Assembly (NCBI GenBank): GCA_000004695.1 | Contig: CM000155.2 | Span: 1 to 64,000, forward strand | DNA from: Dictyostelium discoideum | Lineage: Eukaryota | DNA: 64,000 nucleotides | Direction: 5' to 3' | Part shown: one piece after another, positions 1 to 9,660 of the stretch | Numbering within the stretch: the first letter of the stretch is position 1 | Layout of the letters: every line of letters begins with the position of its first letter | Made by a program: the position numbers and the translations under genes | Notes under the pieces: model-generated | The model's input: the letters and a program-made list of their open reading frames with translations, nothing else | Databases searched by the model: none | Told to the model about the DNA's origin: nothing

Positions 1-110
1 NNNNNNNNNNNNNNNNNNNNNNNNNNNNNNNNNNNNNNNNNNNNNNNNNNNNNNNNNNNNNNNNNNNNNNNNNNNNNNNNNNNNNNNNNNNNNNNNNNNN
101 ATAAATCAAA
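1..110. other. Assembly gap (N run) at window start
   Basis: 110 consecutive n characters. Confidence 0.99.
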
Positions 111-420
111 TTGTTTTTTAGTTTTTAGTGCTACTATTTATACGTTTTTATTTTCTTAAAAATTTCGCAAAACTCAAAAAAATAAGAGTTTTCGACCCTT
201 CACAACTTTGTGCATAGTGTCGGTTCGGAATTTTTCAGTTTTTCGACCTTGCGCAATTATCGCGTCATTGTGCCGGTTCGAAATTTTTACTTTTCTTTCG
301 AAAATTTTTTATTCTTCGAATGTTCTAGAACATTCTAAAAAATTATCTTAAATATTTGGGAAATTCAAATAAATAAATGTTATTCATAATATATATATAT
401 ATATTTAATATAAAATATAA
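111..420 (-). repeat. DIRS-like terminal repeat (copy A, 3' end in element sense)
   Basis: Near-identical to 2394-2716 in the same orientation, and to 5101-5412 and 7573-7873 as reverse complement. Confidence 0.8.
316..336. promoter_or_regulatory. Heat-shock-element-like alternating GAA/TTC array inside the DIRS terminal repeat
   Basis: The sequence 'ttcgaatgttctagaacattc' recurs at 2638-2658 and 5175-5195, and in mutated form at 7645-7665. DIRS-1 ITRs are known to carry heat-shock promoter elements. Confidence 0.55.
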
Positions 421-437
421 TTTAATAAATTAAATTT

Positions 438-1220
438 TTAAATTTCCTTGATGACACTTTTCTTCTTTTCTTTGGGAACAAGAAGCTTCATTGATACCGA
501 ATCGATTTGTAATCCGAGAAACGTAATTGATTGAGTTGGTTCGAGAACACTCTTTTCTAGATTTAACTTGAAGCCTAGTTTGACAAGTAAGTCCATAGTC
601 TTTTTGAGGTTGGATAAACATTCTTCTTTTGTTGAACCGACGATTAATAGATCGTCCAAGTAAGCGATGACGGATACGTTGATATCTCTCAACATTCGAA
701 GTACAGGTCTTAGCAGCATTGTAAAGATACGAGGAGCTGTCGATAACCCGAACGGCATTGTTTTCCAACGGTAATGCGAACCTTTCCACACGAAGCGGAA
801 TAAGTCTCTGTATTGTGGGTCTACTAACACGTGGAGGTAGGCTTTCTTGATATCGAGTTTTACCATGTAATAACCTTGTTTGACCATTGACGGTAGATTC
901 TTGATTCCTTCCATCTTGAATGATTGGTTGTTGATGAAGGTGTTTAACCTTTTTAAATCTAGAACTGGACGATGTAGATTCGTTCCAGGTTTTGGAACCG
1001 TAAACACGTTGGAGTAAAAAACGCGCTTTGAATAACGGTTTGGAAGTACTTGTTCGATAGCATCGTCTAATAACAAGTCTTGTACTTCCTTTGTGATGCA
1101 ATCTGATTTCGGACCCTCTGGAATTGAAATCGGAATTGGGTTTAGCATCGGCTTGAAATTTGGAAGCAGATGGACTTTTAATCCATTTACGACCTCTTGA
1201 CAAAAGTTTGGAAGACCCAA
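438..1220 (-). CDS. DIRS-like reverse transcriptase fragment (RT domains 1-7, YLDD). The upstream part continues in another frame (ORF 430..1458) after a frameshift.
   Basis: Motifs seen: PKPGTNLHRPVLDLKRLN, KLDIKKAY, FGLSTAPRIFT, YLDDLLIVG, LGFKLNLEKS. Confidence 0.75.
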   Translation of the reverse strand: MGLPNFCQEVVNGLKVHLLPNFKPMLNPIPISIPEGPKSDCITKEVQDLLLDDAIEQVLPNRYSKRVFYSNVFTVPKPGTNLHRPVLDLKRLNTFINNQSFKMEGIKNLPSMVKQGYYMVKLDIKKAYLHVLVDPQYRDLFRFVWKGSHYRWKTMPFGLSTAPRIFTMLLRPVLRMLRDINVSVIAYLDDLLIVGSTKEECLSNLKKTMDLLVKLGFKLNLEKSVLEPTQSITFLGLQIDSVSMKLLVPKEKKKSVIKEI

Positions 1221-1270
1221 TTCTTTCCAAACTTGTTTGTGGTGGAACAGACGTCCACCTACTGGTAAGT

Positions 1271-2278
1271 TTACTTCTTGTTCTTCTGAAAACGGTTGTT
1301 GGTACCGTTGGCAGACTTGGTATTGTTGCTACCTGATGCAACATTACTTGGTGATCCATTGAAGTTGTTAGATCGGCCATTACTCCCACTACTGGATTTA
1401 CTATTGCTACTGTTTCCTGTAGTGTTATTACCACTTGAGTTAACTGATTTCTTGACATTGGACTTGGAATGATAATTCAATTTTAACAATGATTGTTTAG
1501 CTTCGTTGTTCTTTCTGATTGACTTGGCTAGCTTTCTTACACGTTCAGTTTCAGATTCATCAAACATCTTTAGTGTATCCTTGATCTTAATTGGTAAGAG
1601 TACTTCAGAACCATAGATTACTTTAGCGATGTTGTTACGACGGACACGACTAAGCGATGCTTGAGCATTAACGGCTAAGACGATTGCACTCTGAGTTAAA
1701 TAACTAATAAGTTCTACATCGACATTAGAGCTATCAGATGATAACATACTTGACATGAGAAGCAAAGGTTTCAAGCTATCGTTGATTCGCTTTTCGACAA
1801 TCAACAAGTCAGTATCATTGTTCTTGACGTTGGATGATACAGTAATACCTTCAGGTGTACCGAATGGAGCGACATTCACTTGGAAGTTGGATGGAAAGTT
1901 GAATACTTTATTCAATTCGGATATCTCATCTTTCTTGAGGATACATTCTTCTTCGACAAGTAAACCTTGATTGTTTACCATATGTTTGTACTGACCAAGT
2001 AAGGTATCGGATAATTGATAATCGGTTGGAACATCGACATTGTTACTTGATTCATCTTCACTTTGTTCATTCTCGGTGTCAGAGTTATCATGAGAAGGTT
2101 GGCTACGTGAATTGGTATTAGAAGAGAACATAGGTTCTTTCATGAATCTAGTAAAGGCTAAGGAAAGGTTGTTGATTTGATCCTCCATTGATTTCATTCT
2201 TAAATCAAAGGATTCAGCGCTATTAGAGGCAGAGGTACTACTACTAGAGGCATCATTATTATTAACAGTGGTAGACAT
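1271..2278 (-). CDS. DIRS-like ORF1 (GAG-like), 335 aa, intact in this copy
   Basis: Open frame starting MSTTVNNNDASSS, immediately downstream (element sense) of the terminal repeat. A paralogous ORF1 is in copy B. Confidence 0.7.
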   Translation of the reverse strand: MSTTVNNNDASSSSTSASNSAESFDLRMKSMEDQINNLSLAFTRFMKEPMFSSNTNSRSQPSHDNSDTENEQSEDESSNNVDVPTDYQLSDTLLGQYKHMVNNQGLLVEEECILKKDEISELNKVFNFPSNFQVNVAPFGTPEGITVSSNVKNNDTDLLIVEKRINDSLKPLLLMSSMLSSDSSNVDVELISYLTQSAIVLAVNAQASLSRVRRNNIAKVIYGSEVLLPIKIKDTLKMFDESETERVRKLAKSIRKNNEAKQSLLKLNYHSKSNVKKSVNSSGNNTTGNSSNSKSSSGSNGRSNNFNGSPSNVASGSNNTKSANGTNNRFQKNKK

Positions 2279-2393
2279 ATTTTATTGTTGATATCTAAAA
2301 TTATAATATGAGAAAAATAATAATATTAAAAATTAATAAAGAGAAATAATTATTTGTATAAAATTTGTGTGTGTGTGTATCTTAAATATATAT

Positions 2394-2716
2394 AGGAGGA
2401 ATTCCCAAATAAAATAAATCAAATTGTTTTTTAGTTTTTAGTGCTACTATTTATACGTTTTTATTTTCTTAAAAATTTCGCAAAACTCAAAAAAATAAGA
2501 GTTTTCGACCCTTCACAACTTTGTGCATAGTGTCGGTTCGGAATTTTTCAGTTTTTCGACCTTGCGCAATTATCGCGTCATTGTGCCGGTTCGAAATTTT
2601 TACTTTTCTTTCGAAAATTTTTTATTCTTCGAATGTTCTAGAACATTCTAAAAAATTATCTTAAATATTTGGGAAATTCAAATAAATAAATGTTATTCAT
2701 AATATATATATATATA
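2394..2716 (-). repeat. DIRS-like terminal repeat (copy A, 5' end in element sense), with HSE-like motif at 2638-2658
   Basis: Direct copy of 111-420. Confidence 0.8.
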
Positions 2717-2813
2717 TGATAATATAAATAAAAATTAAAAAAAGATTTGAAAAAAAAAGAAAAAATTAAAGTTGAGTATGTGAAATCATATTAATTTTTT
2801 TTATTTAAACGAT

Positions 2814-3127
2814 TTAATTTAGTGGAGCATAAAGAGGTATTGAAGTGAATTCAAAAGCAACCTTTTCAGTGAAAGTAAGTTCATCAAGAGAGTCAATGAA
2901 CTTTTGAGAAACACCACGCAATGCTTTAACTAATAAGGAAATAAGAGGTTTGGAACCGCTGTACCATTCTTTTTCTTCAATTGTAAAGCATTGAGACACT
3001 AAGAACTTTACAAGAGGATCGGAGTCAAAAGCCTCTAAGGTAACTGTATCGATAATAAGAGTGGCCAAATCAAAAGGAGTTATCTAAATAATAATTAAAT
3101 AATTAAAAAAACAAATTATTAATAATT

Positions 3128-3195
<68 letters not shown>

Positions 3196-3325
3196 CCGAT
3201 TCATACTCCATTAATGCTGGAACCTGAGAGAGCAAATCTCTGAATTGTTCTACTTTATTTCTAACTAAAAATCTAAGGGTATTAATACGTGTGTTACCAC
3301 GTTTATTGTTGACCCATTTAACCAA
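2814..3325 (-). CDS. Two unassigned minus-strand ORFs (84 aa and 68 aa) between the DIRS copy and the gypsy fragment. They may be an orphan gene fragment or LTR/UTR-derived.
   Basis: ORFs 2814..3068 and 3119..3325. The second runs into a 61-nt poly(T) tract, read as K-run. No recognisable domain. Confidence 0.15.
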
Positions 3326-3447
3326 TTTGGATAGAACGACTTTATTTTCATTTGAATTTGTACCGCCAGAATTTAATATACAGGTCCTAATAAAACGAGA
3401 GGAAATCCTATGTAATATTTTTGTTTATTTAATTTAATTAGTCTCAT

Positions 3448-3487
<40 letters not shown>

Positions 3488-4066
3488 TCTTACCAGTTGC
3501 ATAGTATTGAGAAACACAATTTCTGTGCAATGTTTCATACACCAATATTTTTTCTACAATATTTGTTTTTGTGGATGACCTGCATTTGGTCTTTGAGGTC
3601 TTTGTTGTCTTCTGTAAAAGTTACTCACACTAATCTTCAATCCATTGTCACATTTGTTCAATCTTTAATCGAACTAGTCCAATCTTTAATCTAATGTCAT
3701 TTTTTAATTAATTCCACATAAAGGATAGAAAGAGTGAAAGGTTAATATCATAAAAGTAAACATACATAAAACAGATAATTAAAAGTAAGGGCGTTTTGAA
3801 ACTAAACCGAAAATCAGAATTTTTATTATTTTTTTTAAATTTTAATTTAATTTAATTTTTTTAATTTAATTTTTTATTTTTCGACTGAAAAAATAAAAAA
3901 TTAAAAAATAAAAAATTAAAAAATAAAAAATAAAAATTAAATGAAATATTTTTACATGGAGATGCGCGAATTTGTTATGTTGTTGAGCTCATACTAACTT
4001 TAAATTAATTTAGTTTTGAGTCTCTAACACCTTCCCCTTCCTTCTTTAGGCTAGCTCAGAGGTGGA

Positions 4067-4737
4067 CTATAATCTCTTGGGTGTAACTTTTCTCCCTGAT
4101 CTAGTTGTTTTAATTTGTAAACTAAGATCAAGTTCATCATCATCACTTGAAGTATCTTGATTTCTTGATTTTCTTTTCTTTGATTGGTTTCTTTGATTTG
4201 AGTTGGAGTTTTGTTGTCTTGGAGTAATTGGTTGCAATGTTTGAGAACTTTGAACTTCTTGGGAGAGTGGAGATGACACAATTGGCTTAACGGCTTCTGT
4301 AGTTACATTCTCTCTTTCTCTTCTTGAGTTTAATTGTTTCTTCTGCACCTTATTCCAATACTCTCTGACTAACTCTTCACAGTCTGTGTCGACTTCTTTG
4401 ATCCATTCAGGTTCTGGGTAACCTTTGGATAACCATGGAGTCTGAACACATGATTCAACAATAATTGAGCGGTATGTTGGGGCATCTATTGTCTTGTAGC
4501 ATGGAACTATATGAACCATTTATATAATCTACAAACAATGATACAAACTTGATCGACATCAACTGTAAATCCGTTTCGTGCATACATTGTTTTTGGTAGA
4601 GATAAGAAATCGATTGATATATCTCTCCAAACTTCAAAGGGAATTTCTAAACTTTGGAGTATACCTTTATCTTTACGGTTAATGTTCAATTGACATGTTG
4701 CACAAGACTTTATGTACCTCTTGATAATTGAAAACAT
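4067..4737 (-). pseudogene. Integrase/chromodomain coding remnant of the gypsy-type element
   Basis: Overlapping ORFs 4507..4737, 4455..4637 and 4067..4519 in three frames. Confidence 0.5.
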
Positions 4738-5100
4738 TTCTTTGAAATAGTAATCTTGTCTTATATTATTGTATGTGATATCTAAAGCGTGATGACCACT
4801 ATATTTGGTATCGTGATATTCTCTAATTAGGGTACGAATAGTTTCTTTATCTATGATGATTAATTTTTTGAACCATCTTCACTAAGGTACCAGATATCAT
4901 TAATTTCTTCAATGCATAAATTTGGATTCTTTTTCATCTCTAATAGCCACTGAGAATTGATTTGTTCTTCCTTAATTTTATTTAAAAACGATTCATCCCA
5001 TTGGAAATTATCATATTTACGAGATAAGAAATCAGCTATACCATTCTTTTTACCACTTATTTGTCTTAATTCATAATCAACTTCTTTATTTATATTATCA
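4067..5100 (-). mobile_element. Ty3/gypsy-type (Skipper/DGLT-like) pol 3' fragment: RNase H-integrase junction, integrase zinc-finger and core remnant, C-terminal chromodomain. It is frameshifted and internally deleted.
   Basis: Minus-strand translation shows GIADFLSR (ADALSR-type motif), C-x2-C followed by LQSLEIPFEVWRDISIDFL (integrase core start), and WLSKGYPEPEWIKEVDTDCEELVREYW (chromodomain-like). There are multiple frame changes. Confidence 0.55.
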
Positions 5101-5412
5101 TATATATATATATATATATATTATGAAAAACATTTATTTATTTGAATTTCCCAAATATTTAAGATAATTTTTTAGAATGTTCTAGAACATTCGAAGAATA
5201 AAAAATTTTCGAAAGAAAAGTAAAAATTTCGAACCGGCTCAATGACGCGATCATTGTGTAAGGTCGAAAAACTGAAAAATTCCGAACCGACACTATGCAC
5301 AAAGTTGTGAAGGGTCGAAAACTCTTATTTTGCGAAATTTTTAAGAAAATAAAACGTATAAATAGTGGCACTAAAAACTAAAACAATTTGATTTATTTTA
5401 TTTGGGAATTCC
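5101..5412 (+). repeat. DIRS-like terminal repeat (copy B 5' end) with HSE-like motif at 5175-5195
   Basis: Reverse complement of 111-420 and 2394-2716. Confidence 0.8.
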
Positions 5413-5529
5413 TCCTATATATTTAAGATACACACACACACAAATTTTATACAAATAATTATTTCTCTTTATTAATTTTTAATATTATTATTTTTCTCAT
5501 ATTATAATTTTAGATATCAACAATAAAAT

Positions 5530-6537
5530 ATGTCTACCACTGTTAATAATAATGAAGCCTCTAGTAGCAATACCTCTGCCTATAATAGCGCTGAATCCTT
5601 TGATTTAAGAATGAAGTCAATGGAGGATCAAATCAACAACCTTTCCTTAGCCTTTACAAGATTCATGAAAGAACCTATGTTCTCATCTAATACCAATTCA
5701 CGTAGCTAACCTTCTCATGATGACTCTGACACCGAGAATGAACAAAGTGAAGATGAATCAAGTAACAATGTCGATGTTCCAACCGATTATCAATTATCCG
5801 ATACTTTACTTGGTCAGTACAAACATATGGTAAACAATCAAGGTTTACTCGTCGAAGAAGAATGTATCCTCAAGAAAGATGAGATATCCGAATTGAATAA
5901 AGTATTCAACTTTCCATCTAACTTCCAAGTGAATGTCGCTCCATTCGGTACACCTGAAGGTATTACTGTATCATCCAACGTCAAGAACAATGATACTGAC
6001 TTGTTGATTGTCGAAAAGCGAATCAACGATAGCTTAAAACCTTTGCTTCTCATGTCAAGTATGTTATCATCTGATAGCTACAATGTCGATGTAGAACTTA
6101 TTAGTCATTTAACTCAGAGTGCAATCGTCTTAGCCGTTAATGCTCAAGCATCGCTTAGTCGTGTCCGTCGTAACAACATCGCTAAAGAAATCTATGGTTC
6201 TGAAGTACTCTTACCAATTAAGATCAATGATACACCAAAGATGTTTGATGAAACTGAAACTGAACGTGTAAGAAAGCTAGCCAAGTCAATCAGAAAGAAC
6301 AACGAAGCTAAACAATCATTGTTAAAATTGAATTATCATTCCAAGTCAAATGTCAAGAAATCAGTTAACTCAAGTGGTAATAACACTATAGGAAACAGTA
6401 GTAATAGTAAATCCAGTAGTGGGAGTAATGGACGATCTAACAACTTCAATGGATCACCAAGTAATGTTGCATCAGGTAGCAACAATATCAAGTCTGCAAA
6501 TGGTACCAACAACCGTTTTCAGAAGAACAAGAAGTAA
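5530..6537 (+). pseudogene. DIRS-like ORF1 (GAG-like) interrupted by an in-frame TAA at 5708-5710 (CAA in copy A)
   Basis: 5530 atg..MSTTVNNNEASSS, then 'cgt agc taa cct', versus copy A 'cgt agc caa cct'. The downstream ORF 5827..6537 is in frame. Confidence 0.7.
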
Positions 6538-7554
6538 ACTTACCAGTAGGTGGACGTCTGTTCCACCACAAACAAGTTTGGAAAGAATTGGGTCTTCCAA
6601 ACTTTTGTCAAGAGGTTGTAAATGGATTAATAGTCCATCTGCTTCCAAATTTCAAGCCGATGCTAAACCAATTCCGATTTCAATTCCAGAGGGTCCGAAA
6701 TCAGATTGCATCACAAAGGAAGTACAAGACTTGTTATTAGACGATGCTATCGAACAAGTACTTCCAAACCGTTATTCAAAGCGCGTTTTTTACTCCAACG
6801 TGTTTATGGTTCCAAAACCTGGAACGAATCTACATCGTCCAGTTCTAGATTTAAAAAGGTTAAACTCTTACATCAACAACCAATCATTCAAGATGGAAGG
6901 AATCAAGAATCTACCGTCAATGGTCAAACAAGGTTATTACATGGTAAAACTCGATATCAAGAAAGCCTACCTCCACGTGTTAGTAGATCCACAATACAGA
7001 GACTTATTCCGCTTCGTGTGGAAAGGTTCGCACTACCGTTGGAAAACAATGCCGTTCGGGTTATCGACAGCTCCTCGTATATTTACAATGCTGTTAAGAC
7101 CTGTACTTCGAATGTTGAGAGATATCAACGTATCCGTCATCGCTTACTTGGACGATCTATTAATCGTCGGTTCAACAAAAGAAGAATGTTTATCCAACCT
7201 CAAAAAGGCAATGGACTTACTTGTCAAACTAGGTTTCAAGTTAAACCTAGAAAAGAGTGTTCTCGAACCAACTCAATCAATTACGTTTCTCGGATTACAA
7301 ATCGATTCGGTATCAATGAAGCTTCTTGTTCCCAAAGAAAAGAAGAAAGTGTCATCAAAGAAATAAGAAACTTTTTAAAACTAGATTGTTGCTCCCCAAG
7401 AAAGCTTGCTGGTTTAAAAGGAAAGTTAATCGCACTGAAAGATGCAGTCATCCCATTCAGACTTTACACTCGTCGAACAAACAAGTTTCACTCTCAGTGT
7501 CTGAATCTAGCCAATGGAGATTGGGATCAATCATTTAAAAATTTAAATTATTAA
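6419..7554 (+). CDS. DIRS-like reverse transcriptase, overlapping the ORF1 end. RT domains lie in frame 6419..7366 and a thumb-like continuation in frame 6706..7554.
   Basis: YLDDLLIVG and the same motifs as copy A. The 3' ~190 bp (IRNFLKLDCCSPRKLAGLKGKL...) is absent from copy A. Confidence 0.7.
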
Positions 7555-7572
7555 ATTATATTTTGTATTAAA

Positions 7573-7873
7573 TATATATATATATATATATTATGAATAA
7601 CATTTATTTTTTTGAATTTCCCAAATATTTAAGATAATTTTTTAGAATGTTTAAGAACATTCGAAGAATAAAAAATTTTCGAAAGAAAAGTAAAAATTTC
7701 GAACCGGCACAATGACGCGTAAGGTCGAAAAACATAAAAATTCCGAACCGACACAATGCACAAAGTTGTGAAGGGTCGAAAACTCTTATTTTTTTGAGTT
7801 TTGCGAAATTTTTAAGAATATAAAAACGTATAAATAGTGGCACTAAAAACTAAAACAATTTGATTTATGGAAT
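7573..7873 (+). repeat. DIRS-like terminal repeat (copy B 3' end), same orientation as 5101-5412. The HSE is mutated to 'gaatgtttaagaacattcgaa' at 7645-7665.
   Basis: Sequence identity to the other three repeat copies. Confidence 0.8.
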
Positions 7874-7975
7874 TCCGACTAAGGGCGGGTGGGATGGGAT
7901 TAATATATCACAGCGGCGAAAATCAACACTTTAAAGCACCTTTAAATCCAAGTACTCTTTTTAATATATATTAAT

Positions 7976-8130
7976 AAGTATACTTAATAAGTAATACTTA
8001 ATAAGTACACTTAATAAGTATACTTAATAAATATACTTTATAAGTACTACTTAATAAGTACACTTATTAAGTATACTTATTAAGTGTACTTATAAAGTAT
8101 TACTTTTTAAGTATACTTATTAATATATAT
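7976..8130. repeat. Subterminal palindromic tandem array of about 13-bp units (tacttaataagta / tacttattaagta)
   Basis: About 11 units. The first half is the reverse complement of the second half. Confidence 0.8.
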
Positions 8131-8175
8131 TAATAATTAATTATTTTTATTTTTTTTTTTAAAAAATGTTTTGTG

Positions 8176-8290
8176 TGGGAATTGAACCCGTGACCTCCCT
8201 TCCTGAAGTTCCGGTGAAAAAATGTTTTATATGGGAATCGAACCCTTGACCTCTACCTTATTAATTTATCGCATTTCTATGTAAGCTATA
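8176..8290 (-). other. Two tRNA-derived 3'-half-like fragments with B-box-like motifs (gggttcaattccc, gggttcgattccc). Neither is an intact tRNA.
   Basis: Minus-strand reads '...gaggtcacgggttcaattccc...' and '...ggtagaggtcaagggttcgattccc...'. No complete cloverleaf can be drawn. Confidence 0.35.
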
Positions 8291-8379
8291 GACACTTTGA
8301 TAATTTTCATTGGAAATAGCTATAATATGAATGTTAAAAAACTTCCAAGTAAAAAAAAAAAAGAATGTGAAATAACTCT

Positions 8380-8815
8380 GTGGTTGTTGTATTATTATTG
8401 TTGCTTTATTATTGCTGTTGTTCTACTATTGATGTTGCTGTATTATTGATGTTGTATTATTATTGTTGCTTTATTATTGCTGTAGTTGTACTATTGATGT
8501 TGCTGTTTTATTGATGTTGCAGTCCTACCTGTTGTTGTGTTGTTATTATGTTGTAATTATTGTTGTTGTCGTACCTGTTGTGTTCAGCTACAGTGTTGTT
8601 ATTGTGTTGTTATTGTGTTGTAATTGATTTTGAAGTTGTTTTGTTATTGTGTTGTTATTGTGTTTGTTGTGTTGTTATTGTGTTTGTTGTGTTGTTATTG
8701 TGTTTGTTGTGTTGTTACTGTGTTGTTATTGTGTTTGTTGTTGTTTTATTTGTTTTTTGTGTTGTTATTGTGTTGTTATTGTTTTTTGTGTTGTTATTGT
8801 GTTGATTTCATTTTT
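8380..8815. repeat. Minisatellite of about 11-12-bp units (tgtgttgttat / tgttattgtgttgt)
   Basis: Dozens of tandem units. It generates spurious Cys/Val/Leu-rich ORFs (8560..8805, 8624..9079). Confidence 0.85.
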
Positions 8816-8980
8816 CAATTGATTTTGCAGTTGTTGTTGTACCTGTTATTGTTTTATTGTTTTATGGTTGCACCTGTTGTGGTTTTTATTATTGTTGCTA
8901 AAATTGTTGGTGTGTGTTGTAGTTGTTTGTTCTGTGTATATATTCATATGAATTCTATATTTTTAGCAAATTTACCTATA

Positions 8981-9660
8981 GATGGTCACTTTTTGAGTTA
9001 CAAATATTATGAAGAGTCAATTTTTTATTATGAAATTTGTTCAGTTGTAAAATTATTAATTGAAAAAAAAATTTTTTAGAATATTTAGATTTCTCAAAAG
9101 ACTATGAGCAAGGTATTTATAAAAATTATAAATCTGGAGAACAATTCAAAAAAATAAAAAATTCAATTTCAGATAAATTTATTTTATTAAGAATATTTAG
9201 TGACGGAATGAGTCATCAAGGTAGATCAGATTATACTATAATGGTGGATTTTGAAAATTATAATGGTCCATTTTTTAAAAATAACAAAATTGTTTTATTT
9301 ATTGTTCCAAAAGAATGGTTTCACAATATACATCAAACAATTAAAAAATTATTTTCAGCGCAATTTAATAATAAATTAATAATTAAAGATAATAATGGAA
9401 ATGATTATGAAATTATACCATATGGATTAACAATGGATATACCAGAATTTAGATCATCTTGTAGGATTAACCATTATAATTGCAATGAGTTCTCATGTCA
9501 TACATGTGATAAACTAAGAGGTGTCGATTATTTATTAAAAGAAGGAAATTATAGAAATCAAAAAGACATTATTGACTTTCACAATTCAAAACTAAATAAA
9601 CAAGATTTTTTAAATCCTCAAAATAAAATTTTAAACACAGCGAAGAAAAAACCACTTTAA
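8981..9660 (+). pseudogene. 5'-truncated, frameshifted paralog of the zinc-finger gene at 14428-15898 (C-terminal ~225 codons). The stop codon lies inside the TIR at 9636.
   Basis: The region DGHFLSYKYYEESIFYYEI..KKIF / EYLDFSKDYEQGIYKNYKSGEQFKKIKN..DYTIMVDFENY..GLTMDIPEFRSSCRINHYNCNEFSCHTCDK aligns to the 446-aa protein. There is a one-base frame change in an A10 run at about 9079. The final codons 'aac aca gcg aag aaa aaa cca ctt taa' are TIR sequence. Confidence 0.6.

Larger units (their letters stand above)
111..2716 (-). mobile_element. DIRS-1-like tyrosine-recombinase retroelement, internally deleted derivative (copy A). Layout in element sense: terminal repeat, ORF1, RT, ICR-like segment, terminal repeat. 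The RNase H, methyltransferase and YR regions are missing.
   Basis: Two ~310-bp repeat blocks (111-420, 2394-2716) flank a gag-like ORF and an RT ORF with a YLDD motif. The repeat contains the heat-shock-element-like 'TTCgaaTGTTCtaGAACaTTC' that I recall from the DIRS-1 ITR. The copy is about 95% identical at protein level to copy B at 5101-7873. Confidence 0.75.
5101..7873 (+). mobile_element. DIRS-1-like internally deleted derivative (copy B), inverted relative to copy A
   Basis: Terminal repeat 5101-5412, ORF1 5530-6537, RT 6419-7554, ICR-like AT segment 7525-7572, terminal repeat 7573-7873. Confidence 0.75.

Noticed and set aside
430-1458. 342-aa ORF overlapping the DIRS RT in another frame
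   Set aside because: Its 5' part is the true upstream RT frame (matches copy B 6419..) and its 3' part is out of frame. It is a frameshift artefact, not a separate gene.
1755-1970. 71-aa antisense ORF conserved in both DIRS copies (also 5838..6053)
   Set aside because: The conservation follows from about 95% nucleotide identity of the copies. There is no independent support.
8176-8290. Possible tRNA genes on the minus strand
   Set aside because: Only T-arm/B-box-like halves are present. No acceptor/D/anticodon arms can be paired. Kept only as tRNA-derived fragments.
8560-9079. Cys/Val/Leu-rich ORFs (8560..8805, 8624..9079) suggesting a cysteine-rich membrane protein
   Set aside because: They are translations of the 11-12-bp TGTTGTTAT minisatellite. 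The periodicity is that of the repeat unit, and there is no start context.
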